A DNA stretch of 57,323 bases, filler included, from Sphacelaria rigidula (Eukaryota), in NCBI GenBank assembly GCA_964200075.2. It is 3 parts of 3 records of this genome, joined end to end, with 100 filler letters (N's around TTAATTAATTAA, not from the genome) between each part and the next. Parts side by side here need not be neighbours in the genome. Positions count along the whole stretch, not along the records: positions 19,156 to 38,191 come from CAXNAA020000743.1; 2 more parts are not named here. One strand, 5' to 3'. A program made the position numbers and the translations under genes. The notes below the pieces were generated by a model. The model was not told the origin of the DNA. It did no database searches and saw only the letters and a list, made by a program, of their open reading frames with translations. Below, piece by piece: positions 25,850 to 38,291 of this stretch; the stretch's first letter is position 1, and every line of letters begins with the position of its first letter.

Positions 25850-27330
25850 ACGAACCCAAGCGTGGGAACTCCCAGCTACTCGTTGTGCTCGACTTTTTCC
25901 ATTTCGATTTGCGCCAACGCGGCCGGCATGTCGGAGGATTCGTCTCATCACGGTAGCCTCGATGCACTTGCAGCTAGTTCTTTCGAGGACCTCGTGGCAC
26001 GGCAGCATGTGGTAGTCGAGTCGCTGCGGCTTGATGTGTGCTTATTGAGGCACCTCAGCAGGAAACCTTGACGGGCCTCCCGTAACGCACCAAACTTGCC
26101 GTGTGCAATCGTCCGGGTCACGCAACCGTGAGGCATTACCTCGATCACTCCAGACTTTAGGAGAAGAACCTTGATGGCCGGGACGATGTACGGGTGATCT
26201 TATACCGCTCGGCTGTACTTGTGGACTCACGTCCAAGCCTGGCCAATGCGGCTCTCAGTAGTGACAACGCCGATGCTGCTGACGTTTCCGCCAGGGTAGA
26301 GAAAATACTCAGCTTTGCTTGTATCTTTGGCCCGCCGCCTCTAGCTCGACCACATCCGCTTCCATGTTCGGAGGGCGCATGTGTATGGTTTGACTGTCTT
26401 TGTTTTCTCCCCGACGAGGTCGAATGACGCACAAACTTCGACGATAGCCATCATCATCTTCGCCAGGCTCACTTGAGACCGCGGGGCGATGTCAACGTCG
26501 TCGACGTACAGCATAGCCCGAAGAGCTTTGTGGAGTTTGTCCGTGGTCTTCCCGCTTCTTGCAGCGATGCGGATGAAGTCCTGCGCCACCGCGTTATTGG
26601 TCGAGGAGCGGTCGAATGTCACCCCACTATCTGCGCGAAAACGATGTGGAACACACCAGGGGGAAGCACGCGGCCCTAGCGGAGGCCCTGGTTGACGTTA
26701 AACCACTCAGATGTCTCGCCGCTGTCACATTGCATGCCGTGGAACTGGCGGATGATATAAACCATCTTGCCGGGGACGTGCTAGAACTTTTCAAAGAAGC
26801 TAGCGATCCCCTGTGTCGTATGCCTTTTGCAGGTTGATGAAGCACATGTACAGTAGGATATTCTTTTCCGTGGCCAGTTCTTGGAGCCCGCGCACAACGA
26901 ACATCATGTCGACTGTCGACTGGCCGGGTCGGAAATCGCATTGCGCTTCTGGGAAAATGTTCTTCCCGCATTCCAGTAGGCGCTGAGGCGAGTCGCAACT
27001 ATCTTAAGTACCACCTTACCCACGTGGGACCAGAGAGAAATATCGCGGTAGCTGCCGCGTTCGTGCGGACCATGTTTCTTGAAATATACCTTTATTATGA
27101 TGTATTTACACTCTTCCGACCCTACTTCCTGACGCCACATTTAAGCACGATGTTGTGGAGGCACTTCAGGGTGGCAGAGCCCTCGGTGCGGCCGAGCTTA
27201 AATACTTCGCCACAGATCCTCCGTCCGAACTGCCTTGCCATTAACCAGTTTGCCGACCCCTTCCTCCACTTCTTCCATCGAGGGCTCTGCCGCGAGCGGT
27301 GCATATAGGTAGGGGTGCATCAGTTTCCGT
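25850..27330 (-). mobile_element. Decayed RTE-clade LINE (reverse transcriptase pseudogene), copy 1
   Basis: Frameshifted RT motifs EPSMEEVEEGVGKLVNGKA, SYRDISLWSHVGKVVLKIVATRLSAY, MLYVDD (decayed YADD) and C-terminal IEATVMRRILRHAG. Confidence 0.88.
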
Positions 27331-27449
27331 CTTACCCCAGCTTCCCGTACCAATCTTTGTCGAGCGCAAATGGGGAAAATTTTCTCGAACATTCCCATCC
27401 TAGATTCTTCGCGAGCTGTTGCTGTTGCTGTGTCGGCGATGGCGGCTCT

Positions 27450-29630
27450 CCCGTGGGCGGCTCTCGATGCAGCAGCCTCTTGTTTGCGGTGAACGTCCGA
27501 TTGACATTTGCCCCTGCGTCACTACGCCTGTCCGACCCTCCCACCGTTTTCTCGACTCTAAGATGCTATTCACCTATGTGCTTTGTTGCTATGACCCAAT
27601 CGTGTGCTTCTTTGATTTCCAGTCGGTGGATGAACCATCCCCGTCTTGCTCCGTTGCGTGGAAGAGCCCATACTGCTCGTAAGCTCTCCTGCAGGCGGTT
27701 CCTCCAGTGCTGGCCGGCCGGCCTCGTTGGGCTCTTGTGCGGCTAAGCGTCCGGAGATGTTGTTTTTTTGTCACAAGTTGAACGCGTCCGCTTCCTCCGG
27801 ACGAGTCCGTAGTCTCAAGGGATCGACCTCTCCCTCCTGATACACGGATTTCATTTTCGTCTCCCGGATTGGGTGAGCACTCGCGCACCGCATCAACTCT
27901 CGTCAATCAAACCTAGTCAACGAAGTCTTCTCGGGACGTAGCCTCCACGTAGCACATCCGTACTGCACAGCTTCCACCATTTCCGCTGTAAGTGGCCATC
28001 TTTTCATTTGTGTCTAGGCGTGGGGCCGATCGTAGAGTTGGGAACTATATTTTCCCAAGCGTGCCCACGCAGCGTTGAGGCGGCGGTTGATTTCGACGGA
28101 TATGTTCGCAACCGCGCTGACAGCACCAAGGCAATCAGACGTGGCCTTCTGCAGCTCAAGCAATTGACCTCCCACCTTAATGTATAGTGCGGTCTCTATA
28201 AAGCTACGTTACGGATCATAGGCGCTCTGTCTAAGTCTCCGACACCGTCAATCCTAAGGTCTGACAGCCCACCGCCGCTACGGCCATCATTCTGGCCAGC
28301 CCGTGTGTCGACATCAAGAGAATGCCAGCGCCATCAGCTTAGACATTCCCTGCACTGCGCCCACATCTTCTCCGGCGTTGTGGTTTCCCGGGGATTCACC
28401 ACTAGTCACTGTTTGGCGCATCATCTCGTTTCACCAAGTCTATGACCGGGTTGCCGCGAACAGCTGCGAGACCGCCCGCCAAATATGTTGAGCAATCGTG
28501 GGGACAAAACGCATCCTTTCCTGAGTCGCTGGCAGACGTGGAACCACGCTGATAGTTCGCCGCCATCCAGCAGTGCCCGGGCTTGCATATAATCGTGCAT
28601 CACACGGGTTACCGTGACTGTCCGCGGTGGGACTCCGAACCGAGTAAGCACCTCCCACACAACGTGCGGTCTACGGACTTGTATTCCATCTGCAGGTCGC
28701 TGGAGGACATGTTTAGTGGGACGTTCTTTGCCCGTCTAAGGTGCTGCAGTGGGCCTACCGCGACCATCATGTGTGTCGGTGCTCTATCGTTGGCGTCGGA
28801 ATCAGCACTACTCTTTCAGGAAGATCCACTCGCAGGAACCGAGTCTGTGGGCCACGAATTCGAGGAGAACTTAAGAAGCGTGTGCCCAAGGGATATATTC
28901 CTGTAAGTACCACACTTGGTCCCCCGTTTTGGTTTGTGTAGCATTTCGATAGTGGCGTCTTCTTACTCCTGCGGCATCATACCAGATCCATGATGCCACA
29001 CCGCAGCGATGATGCCGTCGATGTTGTGCAAAATCTCCGAAAGCTCTCCAACCAACTCAAGCACGGTGAGCTCGGCATGTAGACTATTCGCCTTGCCGTT
29101 AGCTATGGTTCTCAGGTTCCCCTCGGTTTCAGTTGAGCTTGGCGGGTCTCCAAATGACATCGTTGTCGGTGGTTCCGCCATGTTCCCAATCATGACTCGG
29201 TGGAAGCTACTTATATGACATTCAGCAAGGTGGGGGCATGTCGTTCCCTCTCACGAATTGGACCGTAATCCCGCAGAATGGTTCCGCCCCCGTCCTTAAT
29301 ATGTTGCTCGATTTTTACGTCTCGTTCCGCCAGACTACACTGCTGTTTCAAATGTCTGCACCATCCTCCCATGGCCCCGATTCATATATACTCCTCCACT
29401 TCCTTCGCATACACATCCATGTACTTGTTTCTCAAGCTTAGATTGCCTCTTCGAGTACCCCGCACTAGTCTCGCAAGGTAACCAATGCGGCGGTAGCTCT
29501 TAGTCACATTCGCGTCGTCAACGGCGCTCTTTCCCTCTCCTTCTGATCGTGTTCTATATCGCAGTGTCTTCGAACTACCCTGTAAAGGCCACCTGCGGGT
29601 CTGACGAGGCACTACCTTCTTAGCGAAGCT
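27450..29630 (-). mobile_element. Decayed RTE-clade LINE, copy 2
   Basis: Motifs ILRDYGPIRER, FGDPPSSTETEGNLRTIANGKA, WEVLTRFGVPP..AWFHVCQRLRKGCVLSPRLLNIF and QRGRPA; many stops and frameshifts. Confidence 0.88.
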
Positions 29631-29674
29631 CAGAAATATGTCGGTGAATTTCGCAGCTTATACACTGACGGTAT

Positions 29675-29882
29675 TGTAATGCATGAGCGGACCGTGTGCG
29701 TTTCGGACTGCATCGGAGAGTTCAAAACACCCCAGGACCGACACTGTTCAAGACCGCTCGGACCAGTCCCTGTAGGAACCGCGCCCCTGATCCTAACACT
29801 GAACACTAACACTAACCCTAACCATAGGGGTGTTGAAACTCCAACGCGGTCCAAGAAGCTTGCGGTCTGCTCACGCATGACA
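29675..29882. mobile_element. TG..CA telomeric-repeat MITE, copy B (opposite orientation)
   Basis: TGTAATGCATGAGCGGACCGTGTGC ... GCGGTCTGCTCACGCATGACA; internal degenerate CTAACA/CCCTAA units. Confidence 0.82.
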
Positions 29883-30129
29883 GTACCACCGCGTCTACCC
29901 CGCTCGACTTCGCTGGCGATGAGTTGGATTGGTTGCTCACGTGCATTGATATCAGATGTTGTCTTCTCTTCGATTGGTTGCACCCAGTGGGGTTCGTTGA
30001 GTGCGGAGCGACGACATCCCGCACCGAGGCGCACACGATGTTGTGGTTAGAATCCGGCGAGTGGGGTGGTTGGTGGTGGATTCTGACATTACGAATAGGT
30101 CTGCAGTAATGTTGTGGTATATAGATCTC

Positions 30130-33100
30130 TGTCGCTCAAGCCAAGACAGCTATGTGGACCCCTCACATCATAGACACATGGGCTTTAGCAGCTTTAGTTT
30201 TCATGTATTAACCCTCAGCTATTCATTGTGTAGGAAAACAGGACCACTGCCTCTCTTCCCCACGGAGTAAATCAACCCCTCAAACTGTGGATATAAAACA
30301 CACACAAAGGTCACCGATCAGACCCATAGATCCGTCGTCCATCGACTAGCGGTGAACGCCTATTACGCAATACTTCCTCGACAAAATGTCCCTAACCTAC
30401 GTAACATTTGTGGCTAGAGTCTACGGCACCCCTAAATATCCTTTACTACCGACAAGTACTCAAATTAGAGCTTGACAAACTCAGACATCATTGGTACCTG
30501 GTACAACCGCCGATTTCCGCGTGTAATTGCTGTAATGCGTAAGAGGACCGCGTGCTCAGGGGATCGCATCGGAATTTGGACATCCCTAGGGTTAGGGTTC
30601 GGGTCAGGGTTGGTGTTAGGGTTCAAGCCAGGGGCGTGGTACCTGCAGGGACTGGCCCGATTGGTTTTGAAAAACGTCGATCCTGACGTGTTTTGAACTC
30701 CGGCGCGGTCCTCTAAGCACGAGATCCTCTCACGCATTACAATAGCAATCCCGCCCGCTGTTTTTGAAAATAGCTGGATGCAACCTTGCCCAATATCCGA
30801 ATAACTCGCAAGAGATCCCCAAACCATCGTCCAACATGAACACGCAGTCACGCTAGTTGCATCACTCCGAGTTACAAGACGACAGCTAGCGCCAAAATCT
30901 CAAATCCTTGCCGAAAACGCTTCTCTTGACTCCACATCGGCAAAGAAAACCTCAAACGTCAGCGAACGTCAAAGCACTCGTGACCAATCGTCTCTTTCAT
31001 CCGAGACAAGGTACTTTCCAACATACAAAATGAGCTCTCTTTACGTTCAACACCTGCACGACGAAGTGAAACAGCCCGATGATACATCATCCTCAAGCTA
31101 CAATGAAATAGGTTTCCAAGACGTCTAAAACGCATCTGGCCTCTTGCTTGTTCAACTCCATGAAACGTTATGCATCGCAAGCGTCTCCGTCGTGTCAGCT
31201 TCAAAGCTTCATCTCGCCAATCACCTCACGAAAGCAAAAAACAAAAAGGCATGACTCAAACCACCATTCAAGTCATGCACATAAATCCAACAACGACGAA
31301 CGGTCGTCGACCTCCGCCATCATTGGTCACCCGTAGTTATCTCATTTTCAAACTCCAGTGAACGAGTATGCCCCAGGAAACTCTGATGTATCTCAACTGG
31401 ATTATGTACCATAATTTCCCTTCCGTGCGTCAACCGCAATATGGCAATACGATACGAATGAATGTCTCAACACTCTTGCAGCCCACCTGCACGGCTCCTC
31501 TCGAACAAACGGACACACCATCGACATGCTCCTTTCAGGAAAAAGAGAGAAACCATCCTCGTGCTTGTCCAGACACGTGACAAGCTATAAAAAACGTTCG
31601 GCGGTCATAGATCATTTAGACACGCGTGCGGAAGTTCTACATCTTCAACCACCGGAACCACCTGCGTTATACTCTCACATACGACGAGCCCGCGAAGTTT
31701 GTAGTTTCGGCTCACTTTCACGTCAACAGCAGCAATTACCATCTCCCATATTGAGTACGTGCAAACCGCACAAAGGAAATCCCTCTGTGTTTCTGTGCGA
31801 ACAAGATGATACGAGCTTCACTTCATTCAGAATACAGGAGTATATTGAAGACTGCCTCACCCTGACTCGTCACCAGACACCGAGCATGAAAGCAATATTC
31901 GAGCGGAACATCCACACATGCATGCCAATATTTCACTCAGCACGTGCAATGGCGCATTCCTCACATAAACCATCATGTACCATGCGTGTTAACCTTGGCA
32001 GCACAACACACAGTTTCCAAACACCCGCGTGCACGCCGGCACATCCCCCAGCAATTACAATATGATCATACTCGCTCAACCGTGACGCATCATGCACAAA
32101 CAACAGCATGAAGATTACCAGAATCTACGCCTCAACAACCTACAATCGTCCACAAAATGATGCAGGAATACCAGTCATAGTGTGTTTTCGCATTCTCAAC
32201 AAGCACTCGCTCAGACCAGCACTTGCTCCTCAAACCTGGTGCTCACCACAACAGCAAGCACCTCAGGTAATTCCTTCCTCGTAGCCCTCCAGTCCGCTCC
32301 GGAAAAACAGCAGCGCTCGAACCACAACGGCACACCATAAAGCAGCTTTCCCTTGCGAACACTCGCTTCTTGCACCATCAGTCCAGCTACACATGGCACC
32401 CTCATTATGCCGCCCAGCGCGCCACCAAACGGTACATCCACACCGCCAAACGATCGCGAGAAATCTTCTGCCCTTACAGAAACTTTGTTCTTCAGTCAAT
32501 TTCACAGAGGAAACGAAGAGACGCGGGAATATCCATGCAGTCGCGCGCAGCAATACCTCCCGTCGGCATCACACCACCCTCCTTAAGCACCTGGCTGTAA
32601 AGTGGCAGAGACACCTGAATACACGCCGCAAAATACGCCAAACTTGTCCGTACACCCCAACACCACGCAACGTTTCACGTCGCCGAAGGAATCGTGATGG
32701 CAAATACCATCACAAGCCTGAAACTCGCTCTACCTACCCAGTTCACGGGGGTCACAGGCCCCTGCTACTTCGAGCATGCACGGCGTGTTCTCAGCTACAC
32801 GCTGGTCCGGCGGCAACTCCGCAAACGCGGCATCCGCCTTTCCTTCTAGCAGACACCCCTGCTTATCACCTGAACGGTCTCCCCCCATATCGGTAGCGCA
32901 CATAAATTCGCTCTGAGCATGGCGAGACCCAAGCTCGCTGTGCTCGCTGTGCTCGCTGTGCTCGCTTGCACTATGCGAAACACACACCCCTACGGCCTCG
33001 AGCATACAACGAGTATCTCCAGCTACGCGCCGGTCCGGCGGCGACAAGTAACTAGGACCTTCGCCTGTCAGCGCTTGCTCATCGGCTCATGCAGGCCCCG

Positions 33101-34705
33101 CCCTTTCAACATCTCCGATAGTAAAAGCAGCAGGATCACCCATACTCGCTTCGGCCGCCACCTCCTGGCCGGCTCACTCCTCGACGGCACCAGCGGCAGC
33201 TGTACTGCCTGTGGTGCTCTCGTGCCTGTCCCCTCGGTCTGACAAGGGCTGTATGACTCGTTCGCCCTTCTCAACAGCAGTACCAGCGGCTGCCAAATCC
33301 GTTCCGACTACTTTACTCTCACAGCGCGCGCTACCCTGTGTTTCCCAGCGGACAAACACATGCTGTATCACCTTCGCGCACTTTGAGGTGGCCCCGCGTT
33401 GTTGCTTCAGCCGCCGGCGACAGGTAGCTACCCTGCATCGTCACTTCAAACGCGCGGGTTCCCCAACTGCTGCATCCTCCACGGGTGCACGATTGGACAG
33501 ACACATGCTGTGTGTGACTATTTCGACCTTTACATCGCCGTGCACCACACCCAGAGACGCGTAAGACGCATGCTTGCGCAACGCAAAGAGCAATTTCTCG
33601 TGCCCAACATCGTGAGCACGATTGAAGAACGTGTCACACAAGCAGTGCTCAAATTGCCCGGGCACGAGGTCAGAAAGCACTGGTTCCTCAAGAGCGTTCC
33701 AGCTTGCCTGACGCGCATTCGCTCCGCGTACCTCACGAATATAGTCCTCGTATTGCCGCAGAAAATGGGCAGATTTCTCACTCGAGAACTTGCGACCATA
33801 GTATGTCAAACCAGAAACCGTACACGGACAGCGCGAACATCGGTGAGAACATATTGTTGCGGCGCACGGACTACATGAACGTCCACGGCGACATATTGCC
33901 GCACCTCGTACCTTGTGAATATTCGATGACGCGGTAGCCCACACACCGTTTTTGAAACAACTGGGCCTGCGTATCAATCACAGGAACAATAACTCTCTCC
34001 CTACATCAAGACGCGCTCTGCCACCATACAACGACGACCACAACACTTCTTCCTCACGCGGTTCTCACCAAGTCTTGAAGTCCTTAGACTCCTCTTGACC
34101 GCAACTGGCCAAAAGCTTGGACGAAATCACTCTCGTCGTCGCTGACTCCACCAGGCGGCAATCACACCCTTTTTTGGCACTCTTACGGGTTCGCCTATTT
34201 TAGTTCAAACCCCCGTGCCTCGCACATGCGCGATATCACAGCCCGCCCTAGCACTACCTCAGAACCTCCTTGGCTCTGCTTCTCCAGCCCCTCTCGACGT
34301 AAGCACGCTTTGAGATAGTCTTGTCTGCTGCAAACTGAACAAGCCTGCAGACTTCCTTGTGCTGATGCGCCAGCTGCTTTCAGCGGACCTAATAAACTTT
34401 TACTACCTACCCCTGTCACTCAAGATCGGACAGCTATGTGAACGTTTCCCATCATAGGCACATAGACTGTAAGGGCTTCAGGTATTCATATATCCCTCAG
34501 CTGTTCATTGTATAGGAAAACAGGACTTCAGCCTCTCTTCCCCAAGGAGTAAATCAACGGCACACACTATGAAGATAAAACACTCACAGAGTCCACCCAT
34601 CAGACCCGCTGACCCGCGATCCTTCAACCAGCGGTTAACGCCTACTATGCATTGCTTCACCTACATGATTTCTCTAACTCAGAAAAATTGTGGCTAGAAT
34701 CTACA
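30130..34705 (-). mobile_element. Decayed LTR-retrotransposon-like element
   Basis: Diverged ~295-bp direct repeats at 30130-30428 and 34414-34705. Both start TGTC(G/A)CTCAAG and share TAGGAAAACAGGAC, GGAGTAAATCAAC and TGTGGCTAGA. A PPT-like CCCCT follows the left repeat. Decayed ORF 33441-33977 may be gag-like. No TSD and no recognisable RT or integrase. Confidence 0.6.
30531..30741. mobile_element. TG..CA telomeric-repeat MITE, copy C, nested in the LTR-like element
   Basis: TGTAATGCGTAAGAGGACCGCGTGCT ... AGCACGAGATCCTCTCACGCATTACA; TSD ATTGC/ATAGC; internal GGGTTAGGGTTCGGGTCAGGGTTGGTGTTAGGG. Confidence 0.88.
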
Positions 34706-34825
34706 CGTATGAGGATGTAGCCAACGCGGCTTTTGTCCGCGCAACGATTCGCAATACTGTTGAACATACGCGACGTGTTTTCCGTGAGGATGGATAAAAA
34801 CGTGTGGACCAGGGCCTGTGGCAAG

Positions 34826-35066
34826 TTAAGGGTATCGCCTGATTAAGGGCATTTTTGCGCTTAAGGGCATCGAGTCCGGGTTAAGGGCATTCGCCCCTGG
34901 TTACGGGCGTCCGCCCCTGGTGAGGGGCAACCGCTCCTGGTGAGGGGCAACCGCTCCTGGTGAGGGGCATCCGCCCCTGGTTACGGGCGTCCGCCCCTGA
35001 CTACGGGCAACCGGTCGGTATTGCGGGCAACCGCCCCTGGATACGGACGGGCATCCGGTCACCGGG
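34826..35066. repeat. 20-bp minisatellite with internal dyad
   Basis: Nine in-register 20-bp units at 34861-35040 (for example TTACGGGCGTCCGCCCCTGG and TGAGGGGCAACCGCTCCTGG) plus degenerate flanking units. Confidence 0.9.
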
Positions 35067-36271
35067 CCGGGTCAAGTTATATGTCACGGGTGGTATCCAC
35101 CATATGTCTGCAGCATCTCTAATTGTCTTCTTCGCGGGGATGAAGGGTTGATTACGACAGACCCACGCCACGTTCTGCTGTCCGCCATGGCTCAGGCGAC
35201 TGTTATCATACGGCATTATCCGTTTGAAAAATATCCTTTCTTTTGAAACTGCCGGATAATTTTCTGGCAAAGAAATGAAACCTCACCTCCAGAGCAGTCA
35301 CGCACCCTATAGCAGTTCTTCGCCATACTCTTTGGGGACTCGACCCATTGCGTTCAGTTGGGGTCTTTGCAACTGTTGCAGAACAATACGATGTGAGGGG
35401 TATTTGTCTGCCTCTAGTTTTGTTGTTCCGTGAGGCTAGCGACCAGCTAGACATCCCGACAGGGTTTGGTATGTGTACGGGAGGATTATTCAGGCTGCGG
35501 AAAGGTACGGCGGAGATGTTACAGGTCTTGTGATTTCTGTGGTTTTCTGCCGTGCGGTGGCGGGCACGATCAATTTCAAGGGACCGAGAGTGGTCACCAA
35601 AGGGTCTACTTTTGCACAAAGGGGGTCAAATGATGAAAAAATACGGTCTACATGAAATGGTCGATGGCGGTGGATCATCCAATCTCGTTCTCGGGCTAAA
35701 GGGGGCCTGGTACGCAGCCCTTATTATTGCGGCACTGTTTTGTCCGTAGGCGCGCCCGAACGCTCATGAAGGATGCCTCCCGTGCTCTACCTAGGCCGTG
35801 GTCGAGTTGCCTTTGCGTAAGAAGTACATTTCGGTCGATTTCAGAGGAGCACCGATAGAACCCGTACCTGTGTTTTGGCTACAGTTCTCTCTAATTGAGA
35901 AGTGCGTGGGTTGACCCAAATATGTCCACGGTCCAGCATCTTTTATCCCGATGTGTAGTGCAGTACGGGAACTGTCGGAGATGGCGTATATTGCACTACA
36001 GGTATGAACCGATGAGAAAGCGTAAGCGTGATGAAAGACTGGAGTGCGAGAAAGCACCGTTTTCAGGCAGGCAGCGAGCTAGTTTCTCCACAGAAGCGTG
36101 AAAGTAGTCCTGATAGGCACGCGTACGCAATTACTGTGACTGTGTGCTGAGTGGACAGATAGTCTAAACTCGGTTCCATCGACAGCATATTTGGTCAAGG
36201 GTTCATCGCGAAATCACAGCCTCCGTCTCGCTTTCTTGTAAGTTAGCAATTACCTGTCCGCTTCTTCGTTC

Positions 36272-36645
36272 GTGTGTGTACGTGTGTGTTGCCATCCCAT
36301 CTCTCCTGGACGCCAGTTCACATCTTTCGGTTTGAGAGGGCGCATCAGCCGGAGTTATACGGGAGAAAAGCTAGCACAACACAGTACATTTTCCTCTTTA
36401 TTTTGTTTCAGCACTGTACCTTCCTTCTGCGGTGCTTGCCTTATTTTTCATCGCGCGAGGGGTTCAGCGGTCCCTTTCCCTCGTCGACCATGAAATCGAA
36501 TTTTGTGTATCCACGATATAGTCGCTCTCCACTGCTGCGCACTGTTTGAGAAAACTCCCAGATCGAATGATAGAACGAAGATTCGAACCTACAACCCAGC
36601 CGACAGAAGGTTTCGAGGGCACCAACTGAGCCGCCGGGGCCACGG
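36272..36645 (-). mobile_element. Full-length tRNA-headed SINE with (CA)n tail
   Basis: Minus strand reads GGCCCCGGCGGCTCAGTTGG (A box), GGTTCGAATC (B box), body ..GTCGACGAGGGAAAGG.., ending GGGATGGCAACACACACGTACACACAC. Confidence 0.8.
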
Positions 36646-37145
36646 GGTTGCCTGGGTGACCAAAAATCACCGACTGCACTTCTGTTATGTAAAATTAGCG
36701 TGGTGGCATTGACTGGCACCTTGACCGTGTGTTCGAAACACATGACCTTTCAGCGCCAAGCGTTACATCACAGTGCATCAGTTGGAGAGGATCCCCGATG
36801 ACGTACCGAGGGATGAATATCCCCGACAAACCAACCCGGAAAACATGGAATTGCGTGGCGATAACGGTGATCGTATACCGGTGAAATGTGCAAAAGAGGT
36901 TTTGGGAAAGGCAACGACCCTCTAACTGTGATTTCAACACTAAGTATCCTTTGAGCACCGGACCCTGTTTCGGTATAATATTTCGACTGACAGTCGGCGG
37001 GATACGTGCAACCATATGTCGCACTAAATGGATTTGAGCAACGCGCAGCAGTAGACAATGAGTAAATTGCTGGCTGTACGTTCCGCACACTGTAAGGGGC
37101 TATATACCTTTCCCCTGTATCTGTCTTTTCTCGATACCTGCTCAC

Positions 37146-37233
37146 CATGCTTTGTCGCTGTTCTCCTCGTTTCGTTCTGGTGTTCATCGTCGTCATCATC
37201 GTCGTCGTCGTCACTTTGGATGGTGTTCGACCG
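37146..37233 (-). CDS. Possible isolated exon encoding an acidic tract (RSNTIQSDDDDDDDDDEHQNE..)
   Basis: TAG acceptor and G|GTGAGC donor flank a poly-Asp frame. Other candidate donors lie near 37995 and 35286, but no coherent gene model could be built. Confidence 0.35.
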
Positions 37234-37624
37234 CTATTGTCGAGACACGCACGACGACAGGTGTTTGGTGGTTCAAGCTGGTGTTCGCGAGTGCCTTCAT
37301 TCCCGTCGGGCTCGGTTTCGTGATATTGTTGTTCCGCACCCGGAATGCCTTCGAAATTCGCGCAAGGTTGGTTCGTCTCTCTCTTGATCTTCGTGGTTTT
37401 GATTCGCTGGGGCGGATGCCCTTCTCACTACTGGAACGGACCCGGCACCGCATACGTTGTGGGCTATCCCTAGTTAGGGCCATTCGGCTGCTGACGCACA
37501 TGAACTTCAGCGCTGAATACCCGAAGGTTAAGGCGCAAACCCGCGAAAGGCAATCAAATCGGGGATCCTGATCACGTCGCATTCATTTCACTGCAAATAC
37601 TATTGAAGCAAAAACAGGAGTACT

Positions 37625-37804
37625 TGTAAAGCGTGGAAGGACCGCGTGCTTCTTGGTTCGCATCGTAACCTGAAAACCGCAGGATCTACGTTTGTCAAGA
37701 ACGCTTGGGCCAGCCCCTACAGGGACCGCGACCCTAACCCTCACCGTAGGGATGTTTGAATTCGGATGCGGTTCAAAACGTACGTGGTCCTCCCACGCAT
37801 CACA
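37625..37804. mobile_element. TG..CA telomeric-repeat MITE, copy D (diverged)
   Basis: TGTAAAGCGTGGAAGGACCGCGTGC ... GTGGTCCTCCCACGCATCACA; internal ACCCTAACCCTCACC. Confidence 0.78.
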
Positions 37805-38191
37805 TCATCTCCAGTCTTCACATTTATTCAGACATTCATAGGTCCGTTTCGCAGGGGACGGTAGCGTGAGAGTATATAATGAGTAATGATAGGATAGGGA
37901 GGGGGGGGGGGTTATTCCAGGTCATCGTTTCCACCAAATGTAACGTCTAAATCGTCGTTGGAAACATCAGCGTTTGTTCGAACGCGTTTCTTACCAATGA
38001 GACAATCATTCATATCACTCGAAACATTTTCCGCCCAAAAACATACGCATCCAGCGTGGTTAGGTCGTGTAACACGCGTGGAATCAAATACCCCACCCTG
38101 GTTAGACACCCATGAGGCAGTGTAAAAGCCATGGCTGTCTCTGGAAGTGGCGATACCACAAAATAAAGCGAATAATTGTTGACTGTCATCG

Positions 38192-38291
38192 NNNNNNNNN
38201 NNNNNNNNNNNNNNNNNNNNNNNNNNNNNNNNNNNTTAATTAATTAANNNNNNNNNNNNNNNNNNNNNNNNNNNNNNNNNNNNNNNNNNNN
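38192..38291. other. Artificial contig linker
   Basis: N44-TTAATTAATTAA-N44, identical to the first linker. Confidence 0.97.

Noticed and set aside
34861..35040. CRISPR-like periodic palindromic repeats
   Set aside because: The units abut with no unique spacers, no cas genes are present and the context is eukaryotic; this is a minisatellite.
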